From: an uncultured Bacilli bacterium
GTDB lineage: Bacteria > Bacillota_I > Bacilli_A > RFN20 > CAG-449
Direction of reading: 5' to 3'
Length of the DNA stretch: 57,659 bases
NCBI GenBank assembly: GCA_947626895.1
Contig: CANQTY010000001.1
Location: 68,477 to 126,135, forward strand
Shown: positions 38,872 to 47,947 of the stretch, piece by piece
How the letters are laid out: the number at the start of each line of letters is the position of its first letter
Position numbering within the stretch: the stretch's first letter is position 1
Notes under the pieces: generated by a model
Seen by the model: only the letters and a program-made list of their open reading frames with translations
What the model was told of the DNA's origin: nothing
Databases searched by the model: none
Translations under genes and position numbers: made by a program

Positions 38872-39075
38872 TTAACATTTTCTAATTTTGCCATCAAGAC
38901 CATGGAGCATTACAGTTGCGCCATCTTCTTTTTTCTTTGCCAAATCTTGCGCGTACGCTAAGGCATCCTTTTGTGTCTTGAATAGTTTGATTACTTTGTC
39001 AGATCCCTGAATGAAGACTTTCCATTCTCTACCATCGTTATCTCTTTTAGAAACATGATAAATTGTTTTAGCCAT
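38872..39075 (-). CDS. Small DUF2188-like protein
   Basis: YHV...WKV...FKTQKDA...HGLDGKI pattern; AGGAG RBS; hairpin at 38849-38872. Confidence 0.75.
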   Translation of the reverse strand: MAKTIYHVSKRDNDGREWKVFIQGSDKVIKLFKTQKDALAYAQDLAKKKEDGATVMLHGLDGKIRKC

Positions 39076-39346
39076 AAATATAATCTCCTTTTTTTCATCT
39101 TAGCAAATTTTGTCGAATTATAGAAGATTTTTATAAAAAAATTTTTTTAGTATTTTTTAAAGAATAGATTATGTATTATATTAAGAAGAATGATCGAAAA
39201 AGATTAATAGCCAAATCTCTTTAAAAAAATTGGTATTTATTAATCATATTTAATAGAAATAATCCATTATTAGAAAATAAATTGTTTCCATTATGCAAAT
39301 GCTTAATTTACGTGAAATTAATTATATTTAATAAAGATTCATCTAT

Positions 39347-40168
39347 CTATAGTAAATAATCCAAAGGATCACTTTCTTCTTTTTTCAAAGTATAATAAGG
39401 TAATCGAGAATAGATTTCTTTGTTATAAACTTTAGATAAAAGATATTTAATTGCCATTGCTCGAGGAAATAAAGCAATACATTCATCTACAAAAAGAAGA
39501 TATCTTTTTAAAATGCTATTTATAAATAACTCTTGATATTGGAAGTATTCATCGATTTCTTTATAAAATAACGCATGAAAATCTAAAAATATTCCTTCAA
39601 TTTGAATTGCAGAAGGTGTATTGAGTGCTTCTTTTAGAGACAAATAATAAGAAAAATCTTTAATCGCACTTAATTTATGAAGCAATGAACTATCTTGATT
39701 CTCTTCAAAAATGCCTTGAAAATTAGGTAGATTTCTTTTTAATCGATAGATGGATTGAAAGGATAAATACGTATTATCCATTCCCTTTTCATGATGGACA
39801 TAAAAAGGAATATTTCCTATTTCTTTCATTTTCTTACGGATATATGTTTCATGACCTAAAGAATTAATTTTCTTTTCTTTTAATAAAGTAAAAATTAAAG
39901 CATCTACTTTTATTTCTTTAATGTTAGAGATTTCTTCTTCACTTAAATACGAAGATATTTCATAAAATATCATCCTTTTTTCAAAACTTTTAATAAAAGA
40001 ATAAATTTCTTTTTTCTCTTTTAAAGAAAAGGTATTTCCTTCCATCAAAGGAGAAAACAAGATAAATCCATCAGCTTTTTTATCTTGATTAATCAATTCT
40101 TTTAACAAAGGATAATCAACTTCTTTATTTTTTAATAAAGGAATCACAAGTTGAGAAATCTTTAACAT
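39347..40168 (-). CDS. Divergent DHDPS/DapA-fold protein lacking catalytic residues
   Basis: DapA layout (LVIPL..EVDY..L, ADG, EG..S..EK, LPNFQGIFE, P.AIKYLL, RLPY) with Phe in place of the Schiff-base Lys. Confidence 0.7.
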   Translation of the reverse strand: MLKISQLVIPLLKNKEVDYPLLKELINQDKKADGFILFSPLMEGNTFSLKEKKEIYSFIKSFEKRMIFYEISSYLSEEEISNIKEIKVDALIFTLLKEKKINSLGHETYIRKKMKEIGNIPFYVHHEKGMDNTYLSFQSIYRLKRNLPNFQGIFEENQDSSLLHKLSAIKDFSYYLSLKEALNTPSAIQIEGIFLDFHALFYKEIDEYFQYQELFINSILKRYLLFVDECIALFPRAMAIKYLLSKVYNKEIYSRLPYYTLKKEESDPLDYLL

Positions 40169-40181
40169 AGTATCACCATAT

Positions 40182-40210
40182 TAAGATATGCAAATGCCCA
40201 ATTTTTGAGC
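40182..40210 (-). promoter_or_regulatory. Sigma-K-like promoter upstream of the DapA-like gene
   Basis: GCTCA, 15 nt, CATATCTTA; same spacing as the gerE promoter. Confidence 0.45.
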
Positions 40211-40353
40211 AAAGAAATAGGATGATAAATAGATTTTTTTGATAATGATGATGAATATTTAACCCCACTTCCTCATTTTAATTTATTTTTTTCACTTTTA
40301 TTACCATTTTTAAATTCGTTCAATTTTAAAAAATAACAAAAAGTTAAGTTAAT

Positions 40354-40386
40354 AAAAAAGTGCTAGATGAATCGATTTTCTAGCAC
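40354..40386 (-). terminator. Terminator after tRNA-Arg
   Basis: GTGCTAGA...TCTAGCAC followed by T6. Confidence 0.7.
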
Positions 40387-40398
40387 GTAATTTCATCA

Positions 40399-40475
40399 TG
40401 GTGACCTCAAGGCGACTCGAACGCCTGACCTACTGCTTAGAAGGCAGTTGCTCTATCCAGCTGAGCTATGAAGCC
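40399..40475 (-). tRNA. tRNA-Arg(TCT)
   Basis: 77-nt cloverleaf GGCTTCATAGCTCAGCTGGATAGAGCAACTGCCTTCTAAGCAGTAGGTCAGGCGTTCGAGTCGCCTTGAGGTCACCA; promoter TTGACA-16-TATGAT at 40515-40488. Confidence 0.97.
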
Positions 40476-40532
40476 GAATGCTTAATTATCATAGCACATT
40501 TTAAGCCACTGTCAAAACTTTTTCACTCGATT

Positions 40533-41612
40533 TTAAATTTGCACTTCATTATAAACAATCGAAGATACTTCATAATTTTCTTCATCCTGAATACCTTCCA
40601 CTGCGAGAGTTTTTCCCTCTAAAGTGAAAGAGACTTCTTCATCTTTTTTCATAATATCCATCGATAATAATAGGAGATTATAAAGGTCATGATTTACAAG
40701 ATTTTCTTCAATTAAGGCAGATTCATCAATTGCAAAAGTCATTGTATCCATAGGAACTTGACTTTTTGCAAGCATCTTATATAAATTGATAGATCGATAT
40801 CCAGAAGAGGCACTATGACGATAGGATAGGCCTTTATAAAAGGTAAGATTCTCTTTTTCTTGTTGATCTACATAAATCGAAACTGGAACATAATAAGAAG
40901 TTTCTCCAATAGTCTTTTCATAATAATAAGTCATTAATTCTTTACCTAAGGTTGAGGATAACCCATAGGAAGAAACTAAATTAATTCCCTGATTTTGATC
41001 CATCTTTTCTGAAAATATTTCATTATCCACTTCAATTGTTACTTGATCTACATCGTCAAATTGTAACATGGTATACGTAATTGATGTTAATAATTTATCT
41101 TTTGGAGCTTCATAATTTAAAAATTCTTTGGATAAATTTAAGGATAATAATCCGTCTTCAAGAGTCAAAGATACAATTCGTGTGTCACTAGGAATTAAGC
41201 CTTTTAAATGGTCGTTAGTGACAATACTATTGACCTTTAAAAGATTAAATGTTTCTAATATTTCTTCATGAATGGAATTCATTTTATCTAAATGGACACT
41301 TAAAGGAATGGTATCTTCATCTTCGCTTAATAAATAGACTCTTCGAACGATTGTTTCATCTTTTAAATTCACAATTGAATCATATTCTACTTGATTTTCT
41401 TTATTTGCGGATTGAATGCCAAAAATGGTTCCTATGATAATAGCTCCTAAGGGAATCACACCTAAAGCAGTGATTTTTAGGGCTCTTTTTAATTTAGGAT
41501 GATTTTCACCAAAAGAAGTAACAATAAATAAAGGTTGACTTCTTTTCTTAAAAAACTTTTGTTTAGATTCTTTTTGTTCCTTTTTCTTTTTAAACTTATC
41601 AAATAATTTCAT
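40533..41612 (-). CDS. gerM: GerM/GerMN-domain sporulation-germination protein
   Basis: VYLL....IPLS, GLIPSDTRI, LNLSKEFLNY, ITYTMLQFDDV..V.I.V, YYVPVS; directly downstream of racE. Confidence 0.8.
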   Translation of the reverse strand: MKLFDKFKKKKEQKESKQKFFKKRSQPLFIVTSFGENHPKLKRALKITALGVIPLGAIIIGTIFGIQSANKENQVEYDSIVNLKDETIVRRVYLLSEDEDTIPLSVHLDKMNSIHEEILETFNLLKVNSIVTNDHLKGLIPSDTRIVSLTLEDGLLSLNLSKEFLNYEAPKDKLLTSITYTMLQFDDVDQVTIEVDNEIFSEKMDQNQGINLVSSYGLSSTLGKELMTYYYEKTIGETSYYVPVSIYVDQQEKENLTFYKGLSYRHSASSGYRSINLYKMLAKSQVPMDTMTFAIDESALIEENLVNHDLYNLLLLSMDIMKKDEEVSFTLEGKTLAVEGIQDEENYEVSSIVYNEVQI

Positions 41613-41634
41613 AAGGTTCATCTCCTAAAAGAAT

Positions 41635-42282
41635 TTATGAATCAAGATAAAAGAATATGTTACTTTTAGGAAAAAACTTTTCATAAATTTCTTTTCTTTT
41701 TGTATGGAAATAAAATTTCATTATATTTCCCTTAGGAAAAGTAGCCACAGCTTCTTTTTCAAAAGAATAAATCTCATTTTTTAAATATCGAGAAAATAAA
41801 AAGTTAATTAAAGGATAATGTGTGCACCCTAAAACTAAGGGATTAGGTAAAGTGATTTTTTTTATATCTAAAATCATATTTTGAATATCTTCTTTTTCTA
41901 TATGATGCGCTAAAGATGAAGAATAAATACAAGGAATATTTTTACTTTTTAAATAATCATATGTTCTTTTCGTGCCTAAAATAAAGCTATTTTTAGGCAT
42001 TAATCGAATATTAAAATCTAAAATATTTTGGATAAAAATCGTCTTAGATGGATGCACAAATGTGCTTAAAGTATTGCAAGCAATAAAAATATAATCTCCA
42101 AGTGACTTTGCTTTTAAAATCAATTCATCATAGATTTGTTTTAATTCTTCATAAGATTTATTTCCTAAAGGAAAATGCTCTTCTTCAAGAAGAATATGAT
42201 ATTCATTTTGTTTATTTTGTATAAGAATTTCTTTAATAAATGGAAGAACTCCCATCCCCGAATCGATAAGAACAATTTTCAT
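41635..42282 (-). CDS. racE: Glutamate racemase (short, divergent)
   Basis: DSGMG, FPLGNKS, IACNT, LGCTHYP; both catalytic cysteines are present. Confidence 0.85.
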   Translation of the reverse strand: MKIVLIDSGMGVLPFIKEILIQNKQNEYHILLEEEHFPLGNKSYEELKQIYDELILKAKSLGDYIFIACNTLSTFVHPSKTIFIQNILDFNIRLMPKNSFILGTKRTYDYLKSKNIPCIYSSSLAHHIEKEDIQNMILDIKKITLPNPLVLGCTHYPLINFLFSRYLKNEIYSFEKEAVATFPKGNIMKFYFHTKRKEIYEKFFPKSNIFFYLDS

Positions 42283-42304
42283 GTTCTTATCTTATGAAAT
42301 GATT

Positions 42305-43351
42305 TTAAAAATAATGTCGACCAATGATATAAGATAAGTATCCAATATATAAGATGACCATAGTTAACCCTTGCCAACGAACAATCTTTTTTGCTCTAAT
42401 AGCAAAGATGAAGATGAGTAAACCTGAAATAAACATGCAGATGATATCGATAATCGACTCAAAATTGATACTCATTGGTCGTATCGTCGAGGATAAGCCT
42501 AAAATTAAAACGATATTAAAAATACAGCTTCCTATTGCATTTCCTACAGCAATATCATTTTCCCCTTTTTTTGAGGCAACCATCGAGGTCACTAGCTCAG
42601 GTAAACTTGTACCAACAGAAACGATAGTTAAGCCCACTAAAGCCTCACTCATACCAAATTGAATAGCTAAAAAAGAAGCACTATCAACAACAAAATTACC
42701 ACCAAAAATAATTCCTGCTAAACCAATCGCAATTAAGATTAAATTTAGCCACCATGGTTTATGTTCCCAAAGATTTTTTAATTTTAAAAAGAAAGTATTA
42801 TTTTCAGATAGTTTTGCATTTTCTTTTTTAATTTCTTCATTATTTTGGACATTTTCTTTTTCTTCTTTAAAAGTTTTTCTGCTGTTTTTTAAACCTCTTA
42901 TTACTAAAAATGCCATATAAATAAAGAATAAAATAAAGATAATAATCGATTCCCATAAAGATAATTGATAATCAGAAGAACCAAACATAGCAAAGAAAAA
43001 TAATATTACACAAATGCCTAAATAAATAGGTAAATCAAATTTAAACATATCCTTTTCTACAGCAAGAGGATGAATTAAAGCAGAGGCTCCTACAACAATT
43101 AAAACATTAAAAATGTTACTACCTATAACATTTCCAAAGCTTAAATCTCCAGAACCTTGAATAGAAGCAGTAACACTTACACTTAATTCTGGCGCGCTTG
43201 TACCAATAGAAACTAATGTTAAACCAATAATTAACGAAGGAATACGTAATGCTCGAGCAATATTTGATGATCCTTCAACAAAAAAATCTGCACCTTTAAT
43301 TAATAATGCCATTCCTACAATTAATAATACGATGTTCACAAAAATTTCCAT
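42305..43351 (-). CDS. Ca2+/Na+ antiporter family (YrbG-like) cation exporter
   Basis: Two alpha repeats GTSAPE...GNVIGSN and GTSLPE...GNAIGSC; ATG 43351 behind GGAGG. Confidence 0.93.
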   Translation of the reverse strand: MEIFVNIVLLIVGMALLIKGADFFVEGSSNIARALRIPSLIIGLTLVSIGTSAPELSVSVTASIQGSGDLSFGNVIGSNIFNVLIVVGASALIHPLAVEKDMFKFDLPIYLGICVILFFFAMFGSSDYQLSLWESIIIFILFFIYMAFLVIRGLKNSRKTFKEEKENVQNNEEIKKENAKLSENNTFFLKLKNLWEHKPWWLNLILIAIGLAGIIFGGNFVVDSASFLAIQFGMSEALVGLTIVSVGTSLPELVTSMVASKKGENDIAVGNAIGSCIFNIVLILGLSSTIRPMSINFESIIDIICMFISGLLIFIFAIRAKKIVRWQGLTMVILYIGYLSYIIGRHYF

Positions 43352-43362
43352 AAAGCCCTCCA

Positions 43363-43415
43363 ATAAAAAGCCCATTTGAAAAATCTAGATCAAAGTCTCG
43401 AAATTTCAAATGGGT
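43363..43415 (-). terminator. Riboswitch expression-platform terminator
   Basis: CCCATTTGAAA...TTTCAAATGGG stem plus T5; its 5' arm overlaps the 3' part of the aptamer. Confidence 0.7.
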
Positions 43416-43478
43416 CCGAGTATTGCTACTGTCCTGACGATTCCCATTCCATCAAAGATGGCTTCTACTCCCTTTTAT
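43390..43478 (-). ncRNA. yybP-ykoY (Mn2+) riboswitch
   Basis: AAAGGGAGTAG...CGTCAGGAC...GAGACTTT hallmark segments upstream of a cation antiporter. Confidence 0.8.
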
Positions 43479-43565
43479 GTTTCCCTTTACTTTTTTAAAT
43501 ATAGCATTTCTGAAAAATGAATAAAAGAAAAACATTTTTATTTTAAAAATGTAGCCTAAATTAGG

Positions 43566-43769
43566 CTACAATGAGAGTTCATTCATCCTCACAAGTTCAA
43601 TCACGGCATGGGCTCTACCCTTAACACCGAGTTTTTGCATGACATTAGAAATATGATTTCGCACAGTCTTTTCTGAGATAAAAAGATAGGAGGCAATTTC
43701 CTTTGTAGACATGTTCTTTATGAGAAGATCGAACACCTCTTTTTCCCTTTTTGTTAATATAGAAGGCAT
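43566..43769 (-). CDS. gerE: Spore coat transcription factor GerE (stand-alone LuxR HTH)
   Basis: LTKREKEVFDLL...TKEIA..LFISEKTVRNHISNVMQKLGVKGR..AVIELVRM.EL closely matches Bacillus GerE; uvrC-gerE-racE-gerM synteny. Confidence 0.92.
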   Translation of the reverse strand: MPSILTKREKEVFDLLIKNMSTKEIASYLFISEKTVRNHISNVMQKLGVKGRAHAVIELVRMNELSL

Positions 43770-43785
43770 AGAAAACTCCTCAATT

Positions 43786-43814
43786 TATTTTATGTTTCTC
43801 TTTATAAATGGTGA
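43786..43814 (-). promoter_or_regulatory. Sigma-K promoter of gerE
   Basis: TCACC, 15 nt, CATAAAATA (AC-16-CATANNNTA), followed by a GAGGAG RBS. Confidence 0.65.
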
Positions 43815-43818
43815 ATAT

Positions 43819-45576
43819 TTAGCTTTCTTTTTGTAGTTTTTCTAAAATTTGAAGAGCTACAGATTTAGGTACTAGATGAATGAGTTCTTCATAAGTTGCA
43901 TTTTTTAAACTCTCTAAACTTGGATAAGTTTTAAGGAGCATCTCTTTTCTTTTCACACCGATTCCCTCAATAGAATCAAAGAAACTATTTCCCATATTTT
44001 TAGCTCTTTTTTGACGATGGAAAGTGATAGCAAAACGATGTACTTCATCTTGCATGCGCATTAAAAATAAAAAGAGTTCATGATGTTCCTTTAAGGAGAT
44101 TACTTCTCCATCTTTAATTAAATAGGCGGTATGGTGGTGATCATCTTTAGCAAGTCCAGCAAGTGGAATATTAACTCCAACTTCTTGTAAAGATAAATAC
44201 GCAGCATTCATTTGATTTTCCCCTCCATCAACAATGATTAAATCAGGAAAAATGCCTTCTTCTTCTTTAAGTCTTTTATAACGACGATAGATAACCTCTC
44301 TCATTGATGCTAAATCATCTTTTCCAGAAGATTCTTTGATATTATATTTACGATATAAAGAAGGAACTTTAATGCCATTAACAAAGCAAACCATTGCTCC
44401 AATTGGAGATTCTCCTTGAAGATGAGAATTATCAAATAATTCAATTCTTAAAGGAGCATTCATATTCAATAAACTTCCTAATTCCTCTAATAAAGAAAGC
44501 ATATCATCTTCAAGACGCGCGGTCATAAAGTGTTCATCAATACCATTTTTTGCATTTTCTAAAGCAATAAAGAGTTGTTCTTTTTTTACTCCTCGTAAGG
44601 GAACAATCACTTTGACTTTAAAAATATCTTCTAGTCTAGCTTTAATTTCTTCATTTCCAATGATGATTTCTTTAGGAAGATCATGCGTTTCATAATATTG
44701 GAATAATAAGGAGATTTCTTGTTCATTTAAATCTTCTTCTTCCTCTAAGACGAAAAGATTTTTACCTAATAAATTCCCATTTCGATAAGTTAAAATGACA
44801 AGGGATATATAAAAATCTCTTTTTGCAAGAGCAATAACATCTCGAGAAATACGATTTTGTGACATGATTCCTTGTTTTTCTGCAATATAATGAATGGCAT
44901 CAAGTTGTTCTTTATATTCTTGCGCTTTTTCAAATTCTAAAGCAGCACTAGCTTCATTCATCTTTTGTTTTAATTCACTAGTTAGACCTCCAATATCTCC
45001 TTTTAAAAAGCTTTTGATTTCTTGTACAAGCGGAGCGTATTCTTTTGCTTCTATTTTTCTTACACAAGGTCCCATACATTGATGAAGATGATAATATAAA
45101 CAAGGAGATGTAGGAATATTTTGACATTTTCTTAAAGGATATAACTTATTTAATAAATCAATAGTTTTATAAGTAGCTTGCGAGGAAGGGAAAGGTCCAA
45201 AATAAATGTAGTTTTTATCCTTATCTTTATAAGCAATCTTTAATAAAGGATCTCCATTTTTTCTTAAAGCGATAAATGGGTACGATTTTCCATCTTTTAA
45301 AAGGATATTATATTTTGGATAATATTTACGAATTAAATTGAGTTCCAAAAGTAAAGCCTCTTTTTCCGAGCTTGTTTCAATCGTATCAAAATCTCTAATT
45401 TCTAAGACCATACGAAACACTTTTCCCTCTTGGGGACGGAAAAAATATTGTTTTACCCGTTTAATTAAAGATTTTGCTTTTCCTACATAGATGATTTTAC
45501 CCTCTTCATTTTTCATGAGGTAAACACCAGGGACATCTTTTAATAAATCGATTTTTGCTTGCAATAAAGAATTCAT
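43819..45576 (-). CDS. uvrC: Excinuclease ABC subunit C
   Basis: PGVYLMK, IYVGKAK, PKYNILLKDGKSYP, RIELFDNSH, DEVHRFAI, HhH. Confidence 0.97.
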   Translation of the reverse strand: MNSLLQAKIDLLKDVPGVYLMKNEEGKIIYVGKAKSLIKRVKQYFFRPQEGKVFRMVLEIRDFDTIETSSEKEALLLELNLIRKYYPKYNILLKDGKSYPFIALRKNGDPLLKIAYKDKDKNYIYFGPFPSSQATYKTIDLLNKLYPLRKCQNIPTSPCLYYHLHQCMGPCVRKIEAKEYAPLVQEIKSFLKGDIGGLTSELKQKMNEASAALEFEKAQEYKEQLDAIHYIAEKQGIMSQNRISRDVIALAKRDFYISLVILTYRNGNLLGKNLFVLEEEEDLNEQEISLLFQYYETHDLPKEIIIGNEEIKARLEDIFKVKVIVPLRGVKKEQLFIALENAKNGIDEHFMTARLEDDMLSLLEELGSLLNMNAPLRIELFDNSHLQGESPIGAMVCFVNGIKVPSLYRKYNIKESSGKDDLASMREVIYRRYKRLKEEEGIFPDLIIVDGGENQMNAAYLSLQEVGVNIPLAGLAKDDHHHTAYLIKDGEVISLKEHHELFLFLMRMQDEVHRFAITFHRQKRAKNMGNSFFDSIEGIGVKRKEMLLKTYPSLESLKNATYEELIHLVPKSVALQILEKLQKES

Positions 45577-47873
45577 TTTAAAATGACCACCGTAGCGCCA
45601 GCGCCACCTTCGCCAGCATTACCTAAACGATAAGATTCAATATAATTTTGCTTCTTTAAATATTCCCAGACTGCTTTTTTTAGTCGACCCGTACCATAAC
45701 CATGAATAATCCGAATGGATTTATAATGCATAATACGTGCATCATCTAAATATTTTGCTAAAGCATCGATACCTTCTTGTACGCGAAGGCCAATTAAATT
45801 ACATTCTAAAGGAACATTTTTTCCTAAAGTAGAATATAATAATCTATCGTTTGTTTTAGGCTTTTTCTCCTTAAAACAACTTACTTTCTTCAATGAAGAT
45901 TTTTTCACTCTTAAAGTAAGCCCATTATCTAATAAAACGATTGCTTCATTCGACGATAATGATTTAATCACCCCATAGGAGGAAGATTTCTTTTCTAAGA
46001 TGCGATCACCAATTTTTAATGTATCATCAACTTCTTCATCTTCTTCTATTTCATCTTGATTCATCTTATCATCGATTTTCTTTTTTAAAGAGATGACTTC
46101 ATGAAGTTTAATCTCTTTCTTATTTTTGAATTCATTCATGAGTTCATCGATTTCTTTTTTTGTTTCTTTTAAAAGTTCTTCTTTTTCTTCTTCAACTTGT
46201 TCCATTAGATGTTCTTTTTCTAGTTTAATTTTTTGATATTCATCTTCAACTTTTTTCATATTTTCTTTTAAGGCAAGATTTTGTGCTTCTAAATCATGCC
46301 GTAAATCATCAACTTCTTTTAACTTATCATTTAAAATTTTAATTCTTTTTTCTGAATCACTTTCATTCTTTTCTAAATAGTTTTTGGCATTGTCTAAGAC
46401 ATCTTTTGGTAACCCTTCTTTCATGGCAACTTCAAGACCATAACTTTTACCAATCATTCCCTGACGGATTTTAAAAGTTGATAACATCTTTTCTTCATCA
46501 TAAATCATTGAAGCATTTAAAATATAATCTTGTTCAAGAGCAAAGGATTTTAATCCATCATAATGTGATGAAATCATCGCATAGGCGTTTAATTTATGGA
46601 GATATTCTATAACACCAATGGCGATAGCTTCACCATCTCGCGGGGAAGTTCCTGTACCTAATTCATCTAAAATGACAAATGAAGAGGAATCAACATTTTC
46701 TAAAGCTTCCCTTAATGTTTTAATATGTGAAGTAAAAGTAGAAAGATGGTCACTTAACGATTGTTGGTCACCAATATCGACATATACGTGATTAAAATAA
46801 GGTAAACTAGCTTCTTCGCAAGGAAGAGCAAGTCCACTTTGATGCATTAAAATAAATAAACCTACCATCTTTAAAAAGACAGTTTTTCCTCCTGCATTAG
46901 GACCTGTAATTAATAAAATCTTTTCTTGATTAAAATGAAATGAATTAGAAACTACTTTATGAGGATCTAATAAGGGATGACGAGCATCTAAAAGAGAAAA
47001 TTCATCTTCACTTAAATGAGGAATAATTCCTTTCATATCAAAGGCCAAAGAAACTTTAGCAAAAAGGAAATCTAAAGAAGTTAAGATTAAAAAATCTTCT
47101 TTAATTGTATCCACATCTTTCGAGGCAATCTTTCCTAATTCACGAAGAATTCTTAAAATTTCTTCTTCCTCTTCATGATATAATGCCTCAATTTTTTGAT
47201 TAGATACTAAAATTTCAACAGGTAAAATAAAGACAGTTGATTTCGATTGAGAATAGCCAATGACTACTCCATCCACGGCATTTTTATAGGATACATCAAT
47301 GGGTAAAGCAAGACCTTGATCTTTCATTACTAATTGTTCTGAATTTAAATACTTTTTATATTTTGTTATTAAAGATTTATATAAAGAATCTTGCTTTGTT
47401 TTTTCATGTTGAATAGAAGTTCTTATATGATATAACTCACTTGAGGCTCGATCAGAAATCGATAAGTTTTTATCAATTACAGAACTTAGACGATTTCTTA
47501 AAGAATCTAAAGGTAGTAAGCGAGAAATATAACTATTTAAACGCGGATAATGAATATATTCTTCTTTGTTTTCTAAAATCTCTTTCACGTTGATTAATAA
47601 ATCTTTTAAATTAGCAAAAAATTCAATATTACCTGTGCCATTCTTTTTTAAATTCATTAATGCAGGTAATAAATTGATTTGATGATGAATGATAGGAAGT
47701 AAATGATGATTTCCATAGTTCATTGCTTCTTCTAAATCTTTTTTAACTTCAATTAAATCGATTTTAGGAAGCATTGCTAAAGAATCCACATAAAATGCCG
47801 CTAATTCGATATGTGTATATTTTTTTAGGCGTTCTTTAATTTGATCAAATTCAAGTTTTTTAATAATATCCAT
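45573..47873 (-). CDS. mutS2: MutS2 with Smr domain
   Basis: ARHPLL, TGPNAGGKT, DIGDQQS, DELGTGTSP, IIHGYGTG, GGAGAT. Confidence 0.95.
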   Translation of the reverse strand: MDIIKKLEFDQIKERLKKYTHIELAAFYVDSLAMLPKIDLIEVKKDLEEAMNYGNHHLLPIIHHQINLLPALMNLKKNGTGNIEFFANLKDLLINVKEILENKEEYIHYPRLNSYISRLLPLDSLRNRLSSVIDKNLSISDRASSELYHIRTSIQHEKTKQDSLYKSLITKYKKYLNSEQLVMKDQGLALPIDVSYKNAVDGVVIGYSQSKSTVFILPVEILVSNQKIEALYHEEEEEILRILRELGKIASKDVDTIKEDFLILTSLDFLFAKVSLAFDMKGIIPHLSEDEFSLLDARHPLLDPHKVVSNSFHFNQEKILLITGPNAGGKTVFLKMVGLFILMHQSGLALPCEEASLPYFNHVYVDIGDQQSLSDHLSTFTSHIKTLREALENVDSSSFVILDELGTGTSPRDGEAIAIGVIEYLHKLNAYAMISSHYDGLKSFALEQDYILNASMIYDEEKMLSTFKIRQGMIGKSYGLEVAMKEGLPKDVLDNAKNYLEKNESDSEKRIKILNDKLKEVDDLRHDLEAQNLALKENMKKVEDEYQKIKLEKEHLMEQVEEEKEELLKETKKEIDELMNEFKNKKEIKLHEVISLKKKIDDKMNQDEIEEDEEVDDTLKIGDRILEKKSSSYGVIKSLSSNEAIVLLDNGLTLRVKKSSLKKVSCFKEKKPKTNDRLLYSTLGKNVPLECNLIGLRVQEGIDALAKYLDDARIMHYKSIRIIHGYGTGRLKKAVWEYLKKQNYIESYRLGNAGEGGAGATVVILK

Positions 47874-47947
47874 AAGTTCACCTACAATATTTTAGCATCT
47901 TCCATGATTTTTCTCACTTTTTTCTTTAATTATGTTAAGATAATTAT

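Noticed and set aside
40398-40622. 74-aa plus-strand ORF
   Set aside because: Antisense to tRNA-Arg and the gerM 3' end.
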